NCBI RefSeq assembly: GCF_009834535.1 | Contig: NC_045696.1 | Coordinates: 51,028,001 to 51,092,000, forward strand | Source of the DNA: Camelus ferus | Taxonomy: Eukaryota | Direction of reading: 5' to 3' | DNA length: 64,000 nt | Part shown: positions 49,770-61,683 of the stretch, piece by piece | Layout: each line of letters opens with the position of its first letter | Position numbering within the stretch: the stretch's first letter is position 1 | Translations under genes and position numbers: made by a program | The notes under the pieces: generated by a model | Database searches by the model: none | What the model was told of the DNA's origin: nothing | What the model saw: the letters and a program-made list of their open reading frames with translations, nothing else

Positions 49770-50660
49770 TGGATGCCCAGCTCTTTATGCCCCGGGCAGC
49801 GTGGAGGCTCTCTCGCCCCGCGGGCATCGGGGGGTCGGGACGCAGCGCGAGCCCCCCACAGGCCTGGCACCAGGGGGCGCGGGGCGTCTGGAGGTCGGGG
49901 AGAAGAGGGGTGCGCGCACCTTCCGCGCTCGCGCCCCACCGGGCTCCGTGCGCAGGGGTCCCCAGGAAGAAGGCACACTTTGCGCAGCCCTTGCCTCCGG
50001 GTGCAGGGAGGGGGTGGGTGGAGCAGAGCCCGGGGCCGCCCCCCGGAGCCGCCCCCGCAGCCCCGGCCCCGGCCCCCGGCCCTGGCTGTCAGCGGCCCCC
50101 TCCCGCAGTCACTCACCCGCGGGCTGCGTGGTCTTGGCCGCGGCGGCGGCGGCGGTGGCGGCGGCGACCCCCGCCTGGGTCATGATCTCAGGCGGGTACG
50201 GCAGGGGTGTCCGACCACCCGGGCGAATCTCTCCGTCCGCGGCCGCCGCCTGCTCCTCTGGGGCTGGGGGAGCGCGGGCCCAAGCCCTCCTCTCCCCCCG
50301 CCCCCGCCGCCTCTTCTTGCGGCCACCGCCGCCGCTGCGAGCTCTAGCCCTCAAGGCCGGAGACCCGGCAGCAGCGCGGCCTCAACTTTCCCAGCCCCCC
50401 TCCCCCCGCCCCTCCCCGTCCCTCACCACCCCTCCCGCGGCCGCCGCTGGGCAAGCGAACAGCCTACCCTGGGTGCGCTGCGGTCCCGCCCCTGCCATTC
50501 AGCCCACCAACCCGGACCCGGGGAGGCTGCCATGATAGCCAATCAGGACCCGAGACGCTGTTGCGCTAGGCTAGAGGGCGGGAGGAGGTGGAGGGAAAAC
50601 CGAAGAGCGAACGGGCCTCGGGCGGCCCAATGAGGAGGGCCGGGGGGCGGAGGTGTGCAA
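49770..50660. promoter_or_regulatory. CpG island and TATA-less promoter of USF3 with CCAAT and GC boxes
   Basis: Very GC- and CpG-rich; AGCCAATCAG at ~50537-50546, CCCAATGA at ~50626-50633, GGGGCGGAG at ~50645, GAGGGCGGGAGG at ~50574. Confidence 0.9.
50117..50400 (-). other. USF3: USF3 non-coding exon 1 (TSS approximate)
   Basis: Strong donor CGG|GTGAGT (plus-strand actcac at 50111-50116) inside the CpG island, downstream of CCAAT and GC boxes. Confidence 0.8.
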
Positions 50661-52739
50661 GTTGGGTTGAAGGAACAGGAAATATTCTTAAAGGTAGAAT
50701 GATGGGCAGGACGGAAAGCCAGTACGTGAATGGGAAAGAGGTGGGCCTGGTTCCTTAAAGGGGACGCCTTGAGAATCTAGCAAAAGAGGTGTTTTAAGAA
50801 ACTTCTTTGTATCCTGTTTTCTGTTCTGTTTTCTACGTCTTCGATAGGAGTTTGGGACTGGAACAACTGAAAAGGAAGAGGGCACAGAAAACTTTCAAGA
50901 ACGATTAGAGAGCTCCTCTTAGCCTAGAGGGCAGGAAGGCGGCATGATACCTCTGAAACAGGAGGTGGGGAAGAGAAGAGATTGAGGACGCCTCCCGCTG
51001 CCCCTTCACTGAAAGATCGTTGCCGACCTGAAGCTGCTGGAACTTGTAGGCTGTGGTCATCTGTCGTTTTTCATTTGCCGCAAAGACGGATTCCTGCGAA
51101 TTGGAGATGACCGTGTTCAGCAATGTCTTGGTGGCCTTCTAGCTGGGGGAAGAGAGTATGTGGCATTGGGGGATGGGGTTTGAAACTTCAAGCTTGGGAT
51201 TCTAGAAACCTAGATCTGGGAGATATAGCGCCGCCGTGACCGAATGGAAACCCAAGGGTCTCTAACTCCAAGATGGGTTTGGGGCCCTGGAGCTGTGGTT
51301 ACAACTCCTTTTTCCCTGGTTTCACTTCATATTTCATAATTCCTCCCCTCCTGAAACAGGTGTCCTCCACCTAGCGGTGGTTGAAGATTTCCTAGCGCTT
51401 CCACAACCAGGTTATAAATGTCCCAGATGCTACATGTCCAAGGGCTAGACCAGATAACTTCCAGAAGGTGCACGCAGAGCATGGCATAGTGGGAATTACT
51501 TGAGCCTTTCTGCAGAGGAAGCTGACCTTGTATGGGATAAAGGGTAAAGTTAAACAGTAACCACACCTTATGTTTGTACAGCAGTTTAAAAGCTATGATG
51601 AAACAGAAGGTCTCAGTGTTACTTACAAACTACTGCACTGTAAACAGTCTAGAAATTTTCTTTAACTCCTGCATCTTGGCATACGAAGTTCTAATTAGTC
51701 TCTGAGTGGATTTAGCACACTCAAATCAAAGCTGCAGATGAGAAGGACCCTAGGATTCAGAGCCTAATAGTAATGCTAATAGGACCTCCATGAATTTGTA
51801 TTAGTTAGCATGTCTAGCTGTTGGAAATTTACATTGTGATCAGAATATAAGGTATTCTGATTTAAAAACTATTCTGGTTAATACATACCATACCTAGGGT
51901 GTGTATGATTTTCTAAGCAACTATGATGCATCGAGTTTAAAGTAAAATAAATAGTTTTTTGATGGTTCAGAAAACAGACATTAAGAGATTCTTTAGACTA
52001 CCGTTAAAAACATACATTAATACCTTTCAGGCACAATTTAGGTGTGTTAAGAGAAATTTATATTTAATAAAAGGTCTGAATGTTAGCTTTTTCATTTAAA
52101 AAATGAAGCCCAAATCATGGATCTTTTCATTGACTTTGCTTATTCAACATTGGTGTACTGCTCAAGATATGAGAGGATAATATCGAATAATCCACCAGTT
52201 TTCAGGCTGACTGACATGCTTATAGTGCCTACACATATAAACTATGGTGGCCAAATGAAACTGGTCTCTGCCTCCAGGCCAAGTCCATTTTCACAGGGCT
52301 CGAGTGAATCTGATTTTCACCCACATAGTTAAGACCTTTCAGTGGCTCTAATACTCTTTGCATGACTTAAAAGCCTCTTGCTTTTATCTCCAGTTTCATT
52401 TCGTGGTATCTCTTTTTTTTCCTACTCCTGGGGATTAATGACTAGTGGAGGGGGCCCGCTGACAGCTGGGCCAGGGCCAGGCTGCGGGGACAGCTCTGAG
52501 CCCTGTTCTACCCACCTATTCCCTGTTTCCAGAGGCCAGGGAGGGCTGAGCAGTGTGCCTCCTTCCGGAGGACCTCTGTGTGCAGACCCTGTTTGGGCGT
52601 GACCGTAAGAGTGCACGCACCCCTCTTCTTCTCGTCCTTGCCCCCAGGTGCCAGGCCCGTGGAGGACAGGGGCTCACTCTGTGCATGGGGTTAGATAGGC
52701 TCCTTGCTTGCATCTTGTTTTTAGACATTTTCAGAAATG

Positions 52740-55700
52740 AATGGCAGCGGTCAACTGTTTTGCAAAGTGGCTTTAATATTCTGCATTTTCAACAGCAATA
52801 TATGCAGATTCCAGGTACTCCACATCATCACCAATCCTTGATATTGTCAGTCTTTTTAATTCTAGCCCTTATAGTAGGTGTTGAAGTGGTCTCTTGTATT
52901 TTAATTTGCACTTCTCTAAGTACTAGTGTGTTGTGCATATGTTCATGTATTTATTGGACAGTTACATATCTTCTTTGGTAAAGTGTTCAAATCTTTAGCC
53001 CATTTAAAAATCATGATGCCTGCCTTATTATTGAATTGTAAATGCTCTATATATTATGGATAAAAGTTCTTTCTCAGATGTACGTTGTGCAGATATTTTC
53101 ACCTAGTCTATATCTTGAAAAACAAAATTGCTTTTTTGAGGTATGATTGATCTACAATAAACTGAACATATTTAAAATGTACAGCGTGGCAAGTTTTGAC
53201 GTTTGTAAACATCTGTGAACCATCTCCACAATCAAAAATGGACATATCCATCCTGCTCTCAGTTTTCCTTCTTTCACTCCTTCCTCTTGCCCTCATCCTG
53301 TTCTCCAGGCAACCACTAACCTGTTTTGTCACTATACATTCGTTTCACTTTCTAGAATTTTATATAAATGGATTTTTCCCATTTATACTCACTTCTGTTT
53401 ACTTTCAATCAGCATACTTTTTTTTTTTTGATATTCATCCCCTCTGTTGTGTGTATCAGTAATTCATTAGCTTTTGTTGCTAGGTAGTATTCCATTGTTT
53501 GGATATATTGTATATATTCACATTGGTGGACAGTTGTATTGTTTTTGGGTTTTGACTATTACAAATAAAGATGCTAGAACATTTGTGTACAAATCTTTGT
53601 AGGATATCTACTTTCATTTTCCTTGGGTAATACTTGGGTAAATATCCAGTGGAATGGCTGAGTCAGAATCTAAATGTACCTTTTTAAAAAAATTGCCAAA
53701 CTATTTTCCAAACATTTTATATTCCCACTAGTAGAGTATGAGATTTCTGAATTGTACCATCTCCTTGTCAACACTTAATATGGTAAGTCTTTTAAAATTT
53801 TAGTCATTCTAATAGGTGTATAGTGGTATTTCATTGTGACTTTAATTAGTATTTCCCTAATGGCTGATGATACTGAGCATCTTTTCATGTACTTATCAAC
53901 TATTTGTATATCTTTTGTGAAGTTATGTTTAAATTTTTTGCCCATGTTAATTGGGTTGTTCATTATATATTGAGTTTTAAGAGTTTTTTTTTTTTAATGA
54001 ATTCTGGATACATATCCTTTATCAGATATGTGATATGCAATATATTCTCCCAGTTCTGGGTTGTCATTTTATTCTCTTAATATTGTTTTTCAAATAGTAG
54101 TTCTTAATTTTAAGTCCAATTTATCAAATATTTCTTTTATTAATTGTGCTTATGGGATCATACCTAAGAAATCTTTGACTAACATAAGGTCACACAGATT
54201 TTTCTTCTGTTCAAGAAGTTTTATAGTTTTGTTTTATATTTAGATCCATGGTGCATTTTAAATTATTACATATTGTGGGAGTATGGATCAAAACTTGTAT
54301 TGTATTGGTAATATGGATTATATTTTTGTATTGGGAAATCCAGCTTTTCAAGTACCAGTTGTAAAGATTGTCCTTCCTCCTCTGAGTTGTCTTTGGGCAA
54401 AAATTAATTGACCATGTATGTGCAGCCCATATTTCTAGACTCTATTCTGTTCCATTGATCTATTTGTCAATCTTGACACCAATACTGCACTGTTTTTTGT
54501 TTTGTCTTTTAAAATTTATTTTTTAATTGAGGTATACTTGATTTACAATGTGTTAGTTCACATGTACAGCAAAATGACTGTTATACATATACATGTATGT
54601 TCTTTTTGAGATTCTTTTCCACTATAGGTTATTACAAGATATTGAATATAGTTCCCACTGCTAAACAGTAGGTCCTTGTTGTTTATGTATTATATATATC
54701 ATACCACACTGTTTTAATTGGTGCAGCTTTATAAGCCTTGAAGTCAGGTAGTGTAACTTCTCCAATTTTCTTGTTCTTTAAAAATTTGTTTTCACTATTC
54801 TAGGTCCTTTGCATTTCCATTTAAGCTTGTCAAGTTAAAAAAAAAAAAGCCTGCTAGAATCTTAACTGGAATTTACAATTCAATGTGGGGAGAAATTATA
54901 ACTTAGTATTGTCTTTTGATTCATGAATGTGTTCTCTCCATTCATTTGTGTCTTTTAATGTTTCTCCTAGGATTGCTTTATAGCTTTCTGTATACAGGTT
55001 TTACATATATTTGCTAAATTTATCCATAAATATCTCATATGTTTATGCTATTGTAAATTTTTTTAGTTTAAATTTCTAGTTTTTATAGCTGGAAAAACAA
55101 TTGATATTTGTATACTATGGCCTTGTTGTACTAACTTACTAGTCCTAGCAGTTTTTTTTGTCATAGTATTTTTTACTTCATCATGTTATCTGCAAATGAA
55201 GACCATTTTCTTTCTTTCTATGCAATCTGCATGCTTATTATTTCTTTTTCTTGTCTTACTGTACTGGCTAGGGCTTCCAGTGCAACATTATATAGAAGAG
55301 GTGAAAGGAGTTATCCTTGTCTTCTTCCCAATCTCACATATAAAGCATGAAGTTTTTCACTATTAAGTATGATGGCAGCTGTAGGCTTTTTATAGATGAC
55401 CTTCCCAAATTAAATTCTTTTTTATTCTTTTGTCACTGAAAGTTTTTGCCATGAATGAATGTTGAATTTTTTTCTGCAGCTATTGAGATAATCATGACTG
55501 ATATTGTTTACTGTTTTCTTGTAATGTCTTTGCCTGGTTTTGGTACCAGCTGTTCTCATAATATGAATTAGGCAATCAATATTCATTTCTCTACTATTTT
55601 CTTGAAGAGTGTAGAATTGGTATTATTTCTTCCTTAAATGCTTAATAGAATTCACAAGAAAAGCCACTTGGACCTGAAATTTTTTTTTTGTGGGACTACA

Positions 55701-57330
55701 AATTCAATTTCTTTCATACAGTTAAAGCTATTCAAATTACCTTTTTAAAAATATATTTGACTTTTTTTTGGTAGCAGCTTGAGATATAATTCACATACCA
55801 TACAATTCACCCACTATGGCTGAATAATATACCATTTTATCGATAGGAAATACTTTGATAATCATTCAGGTAATGAACATTGGGTTGCATCTACTCTTTG
55901 GCTACTATGAGTAACACTGCTATGAACAGTCATGTATGAGTTTTTGTGTGAATGTATGTTTTCTCTTGAAATTATATACCTATATACCTAGGAGTGGAAT
56001 TGTGGAGTCATATGGTGACTCTATGTTTAACCTTTTGAAAGAACTTCTAGACTCTTTTTGGGTAACCTGAATGATTGGCATCGTTCAAAAAATTTGTCCA
56101 TGTCATTTAAGTTGTTGAATTTATTGAATAAAATTGCTTGCAATATTCCTATTATCTTTTTATTGACAGTAAGTTCTGAAGTGACGTCCTCTCTTTCATT
56201 ACTGATGTTGGTAATTTGTGTCTTCTCTGTAAGGGGTTGGGGTGGGGATTGGTCAGTCTGGTTAGAGGGTAAGTTTATCGATTTTATTTTTTCAAAGAAG
56301 TAGCTTTTGGTTTCATATAGTTTTTCTACTCTTTATTATTTTCAATTTTATGACTTTCTGCTCTTTATTTCCTTCTTTCAGCTTACTTTACTGAACTGGC
56401 TCTGAAATGGCTCTTCTTTTTTGGTTTCTTAAGGTGAAAGCTTAGGTCTTTGATTCAAGATCCCATATACAAGCAACAAGGATCTACTGTGTAGCACAGG
56501 GAACTATATTCAGTATCTTATAACAACTATCATGGAAAACAATCTGAATCACTTTGCTGTGCACCTGAAACAATACTGTAAATCAACTATACTTCAAAAA
56601 AAAATCTCATATACACATTTAATGCTATATATTATCTTTTAGTTTTATCCAAGAGCTTTGATATATTTTCATTTTCCTTCTCTTCAAATTTTTTCTAATT
56701 TCTACTGCAATACCTTCTTAAGACACCTAAGTTATTTTGAAGTGTGTTGTTTAATTTCCAAATATTTGGGAGATTTTTTCCAGATTTATTATTTTCTTAT
56801 TTAATTCTGGTGTGGTTAAAGGACATCATTTGCATGTATCAATCCTCTTTTATTATATTGTGACTTACTGTTTACCAAGAGTTTGAAATCTCCAGTTGTA
56901 ATTGTGGATTTGCCTATTTCTCGTCAGTTTTTTCATCATATATTTTGAAGCTATGTTGTTATGGTCATACTCATTTAAGATTATAGTCTCTTGGTAAATT
57001 ATCCTTTACCATAAACATCCCTCTTTATTTCCTGGAAATACATTTTGTTCCAAAATTTACTTTGGTGTAATTTAGTCACTCCAGCTTTCCTTTGATTAGT
57101 GTGCATGGTATATCTTTTCCATCCTTTTTCTTCTAACTTACGGGTTCACTTATATTTAACATGGGTTTCTTATAGGTAACATGTTTTTGGCTTTTTCAAT
57201 CCAGTATGAAAAATCTCTGCCTTTTAATTGGTGTGTTTAGACTATTTACATTCAATATAATGATCAATAGGGTTGTATTTGAAGTTTCCATCTTACTATT
57301 TGTCCTATCTCTCCTTTGTTTTGTACAATT
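52740..57330 (-). mobile_element. Cluster of nested old antisense LINE-1 fragments with short younger L1 3' ends inserted at ~54510-54700 (-) and ~56465-56605 (+)
   Basis: T-rich antisense L1 motifs throughout; peptide FTKDIQIVDKYMKRCS; short inserts carry the tagcacagggaactatattca and aaatcaactatacttca motifs. Confidence 0.8.
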
Positions 57331-60300
57331 TTACACCTTGCCTTCTTCCACTTTAATATTGTTCTTTGTAAAAGCTGGGTAATATGGAAATGTGGTATTT
57401 CAACTTTTCCCTTATTAGTCAGCATTTTGGTTGCTTCTAGTTACTTACTGTGAACATTATCATACAGGTGGCTGGCTTCCCTCCATTTAACCCCAGTTTG
57501 GCCTCTTAACTGTGACCTTGATAAAGTTACCTTCTCTAAGCCCATTTCTGAACCTGTAAAATGGAGCTAATGAAAGTTTCTACCAAAAAACATTGTTGTA
57601 TGAGTTAAATAACTTATATAAGAGCATCAATCATAGTGCCTGATTCTTGGTAACCCTTCAATAAATGTTACAGTAGCCAGTGAATCCAATGCAAGACAGT
57701 GGGTTAGGCCTGGCAGTACATAAATATTTTCAAATTCCCCTCACTTAGGCAAAAATAAAGCCATAGTTTTGTGAATTGCCTTATTAGAGTTCCTTTTTCC
57801 ATTATTAATTGTATTTCCTTTGTGAATTACGTCCTTTCACTAGGAAAAGATTTCAATGTCTTTCTTAGATATGAGCTCTTTAAACAGAGTAACTTTGAAT
57901 GCAACATTTTGTAGGCCTTTTAAATACACATTATTTGTAATTTTGTTAAATCTGACCATATTTTTAAAACTCTGTGATTTTTATAACTTACCTGAAGGAT
58001 ATGCCTGTGAGAATTTTTAAAAACTTCACTGTTTTGCAGACATTTTTATAGGCATTTTATATTTACATTCATGAATGTCGTATATCACTTTATCTCTTCC
58101 ATTAGTTTATTCACCAAGTTTCAAAGGAACTTCATGTCTTGTATAAACTCATAGTTTCTACGAATTCCTGATACTTGTGTCTAGTTTTTATTAAATTTAG
58201 TTGGTTCTGTATTGAAATGTTGCTGAGATACCATGGGCTTTTCAGTTCCAAAGATTTTACAGTGACTATTGCCCCCTACCTTTAGGTATTAAAAGAGTAA
58301 TACCAACATTTGTTTTGTATTGAAAGCCAAAGTAAAAATTGACTTGAATGTTTTCTCTAAAATTCTGTAGTTTATTACGCCTCCCAATCCAACACAGTAT
58401 CTCATGGCAACTGGAATAATGAAACAATGTCATGTTTGTTTCCTACCTGACTGATCACAGGGCAGGGCCATGCCCCTCTCTTTCACTGCTGTACTGTCAG
58501 TGCCTGAGCCCTTGTGGGTACACTCCCTGACCAAATCTCTGTACTGAATTCTACAAGTTACAGGAACATTTTTTTTTAAAGGACTGGCAGTAATCCAGGA
58601 ACCATTCTCTAAATTTGTCCCAGGTTACATATTATTAGCTGGATTTTGATTTGGAGGAGAGACACTATACTAGTTTACATAGGGAAAGAGGGCTTGGCGA
58701 GAGGAAGCTTTCAAGTATGTGGCAGTTTCGTTGTTAAAACTACACTAAACTAAACACAACCAACTAAATAACACAAGTCTGAGGAAATGTGCACAGTATA
58801 AACAAAGGTCATATAGACTTGCTTATATGTAAAATAAATGAATTGAATCAAGTCCCTAATAGGTGGTCATTCCTAATGTCAGTCATCAGGGGACAAAGTT
58901 TGTGTTAGAGAATAGAAACCAAAATGATGAAGACCTAGGGAGGAAGAAATTTACTCTTTGGATCCTGATGCTAAAGGTCAAATTGTGTGGAAGATCTTTC
59001 CTAACTTGGCTGATAATATAATCTCCAGCTAAAATGCAGTTGAGCTGGTCTGCTGTTTCTAAATTGTAGCTTTCTCAAGGCAGTTTACAATGGGATAGGC
59101 TCAGTCCAGGGGGACAAACAGCAGCTCCACAATGTAGGTTGTATGGTCTCTGTTATATAAATTCTGAATTTGTATACCTTTTGCACTCCTTTTCATACTT
59201 TTAGTCTCAGCTCTTCTATGGGAATTAGGCTTGTTTATACTCAAACCAATGTTAAAAGAAATCAAGTCAGTGTACAGAATATTCCTCTCCACTAAGTTTC
59301 TTTCGAAGTTAAATTCAAGACCCTTGGAGACCGCGGCTGTTATTTTAGTAAAGCTGGCCTCTACTTAGACATGAATTCTACATAAATTAGAATTTTACTT
59401 CCCTTTAAAGAGACCATGATTATCTGCCTGGTTCATTTACACATCCCTAGAGCTTAAAATAGCAGGTGCTCAATAAACTCAAAAACAATTTACGTCAGCG
59501 AAAGGCAGATAACTTTCACACAAAGGAGATGGTAAGGATAAAGTTATGAAACTGCTTTTAGGGTGCTATAATAAAGCCCTCATCTTACCAGATTTTACTG
59601 TTCTGTATACTAATTACTTTAAGTTGTGTATTCAAATTTCACCTGCATAAGCAGCTATGCTTATATTACCTGTCTTATTTTAGTACAGACAGTTTGATTT
59701 TACTTTAGTATACAGCCTGCTAGTGACGAATAGGATTCAAGATTGTTCAAATACTCATAGAGAACTTTTAATATTGCCAATTTGGTTTCTAAAAGATGAA
59801 CTAACTAGATGAGCTCATAAGTTTGGTCAAGGAAACGAAGAAAAACATTGTATCCTGCACCTCCTCTATAGTTAAATTAACTTTTAAGCAGAGTACCTTC
59901 TTTCCTTAAAATGGTATATAGCTTCCTGTGCCCTTTCAAAGGTATTAATTTTTACATTAAAAACAAAGAAAAACATTATAGTCAGGTATCTTTTTGAAGC
60001 TCAGCGATTTAACACACGATTTAATTTATATTACTTAGATTCCTTTATAAACTCATATGTCTTGAGTTTTTGAAGATAGCAAATAAGAGTAAAAGCTGTG
60101 ACTAAATTCAGCTATGCAGCAAATTACTTTCAATAAATCAGGAAAATTTAATTCAAAGTCCACAAATTCCAAAACATCCCTTCTCCCCTATAGACTGTAT
60201 CTTCCCAAATGTTGGACTTAAGCTTCCATCACAAATTAATGTAAAACAGGCCATATTTCTTTGAGATTTAAATTCTAGGCTGTTAAAGCAGTTATTGATT

Positions 60301-60917
60301 CTTACTAACTTTATGCTCTCAACTATTCCTGAAGCGGACTTTGATTCTAGATGAATAGTTTTCACTGAGGAAACTGTTTTAAATTTAGAGAATTGGAAAG
60401 GTTGAGAACTTCTGTCCCAGTAACAGATTTCGTATTCTCTGACTTCACATTCCTCAATGTTCTATCAAAATAACTACACATACATTTAAAAATCTGACTC
60501 AAGGCCTTTTTTCCATAGGGCTATGCTACTTGGCTGTATCTTAAACTAGGACTAAATTCCTATAGTACAGCATTGTAAGGGAAGTCCAATTCAGGACCCT
60601 CTGCCACACGGTTTATTTCCCGAAAAAATTCTCATAGGCTCACCACTCCTACTCACTACAGTACCCAACTTCCCAGGAATGTTCACATCACACAGCTAGA
60701 AAAGCACCTATCTGGGAAATGGATTAGTGTTATGAGCCCACCTAGCTGAAAAACTCAATTATAAGAGCAGAACTATTAGGCCCACTCCCTATTTCTTTAA
60801 CATTCTGAATAACAGCGCTTTCTAACCTTCATTTAGCAAATTAAGCCCTTTAGAAGAGTCTTTTCCAACTTTCTTGCTTTGGTTGTCAACAAAGTCCAAC
60901 ATTTTCTCCAAGCATAA

Positions 60918-61405
60918 TGTGGTAGCCAGGTCCACTGATCTCCACCTTCTGGTATTAATATCCTGTGTATTCTCCTCCCAAACTGTACCAGGCTGGTACA
61001 ATAGTTAGTCTGTGTAACTAACGAAATATGGCAGAAATAATAGGTATGTTATTCTGAAGGTAGGTCATACAAGCGTATGGTTTCTGCTCACTCTCTTGGA
61101 TCACTTGCTCTGGGGCAAGCCAGCTGCCAGCTGTTAAGACAGGCAGCCCTGTGGAGACACCCACATAGTGAGGAACTGAGTTCCTCCAATAGCCAAGTGA
61201 GTCAGTCATCTCAGAAGTGGCTCACCCAGCCCTAGTCAAGCCTTCAAGATGATGTAGCCCTGGCTGACAGTTCTGTAACCCGATGAGACCTCAAGCCAGA
61301 GCCATCCAGCTAAGCTGCCCTTGGACTGCAGATTCAGAAACTATATACGACGATAAATGTTTGTTGTTTTAAGCTGTCAAATTTTGGGATTATGTGATTA
61401 AGACA
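60918..61405 (+). mobile_element. MLT1E/F-like MaLR solo LTR
   Basis: aagccagctgcca...cagccctgtggaga...gaggaactgag...cagctaagctg...ataaatgtttgttgttttaagc. Confidence 0.75.
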
Positions 61406-61683
61406 CATCTGACAAAGATCACCCATTGTTTCTTGAATGGAATAAGCAAAACTCTAATTCTAACCCTTTTTACTAAGATATTGAGTTAATTTTGTTAAAG
61501 ACAAAATTCTAAATTCATGTTTGTTTGATACTCAGAAAAAAACTTAACAAATAATTCCCAATTCATTCAACATAACTATCCTTTCTCACTGTTGAGAGAA
61601 AAAAATGTGAATATACATTATCTGTAGTCAATGTACAATGCTAATTAGATGACAACCTAAGGTGTCAGTTTTTTTTTTTTTTT

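Larger units (their letters stand above)
1790..50400 (-). other. USF3: USF3 (KIAA2018) gene locus, upstream transcription factor family member 3; transcript ends approximate
   Basis: Spliced minus-strand exons with GT-AG boundaries translate to MPEMTENETPTKKQHRKKNRETHNAVERHRKKKINAGINRIGELIPCSPALKQSKNMILDQAFKYITELKRQNDELLLNGGNNEQAEEIKKLRKQLEEIQKEN...HNISHILGHDCSSAV, which I recognise as USF3. CpG island at the 5' end, AATAAA at the 3' end. Confidence 0.96.

Noticed and set aside
49577..50633. Long overlapping ORFs (170-286 aa) on both strands of the CpG island
   Set aside because: Stop-codon depletion in GC-rich DNA; the peptides are low-complexity Pro/Arg/Gly/Ala with no recognisable domain.
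52378..52981. ORFs over a moderately GC-rich patch upstream of the promoter
   Set aside because: No recognisable product, and the longest ORF runs into antisense L1 sequence.
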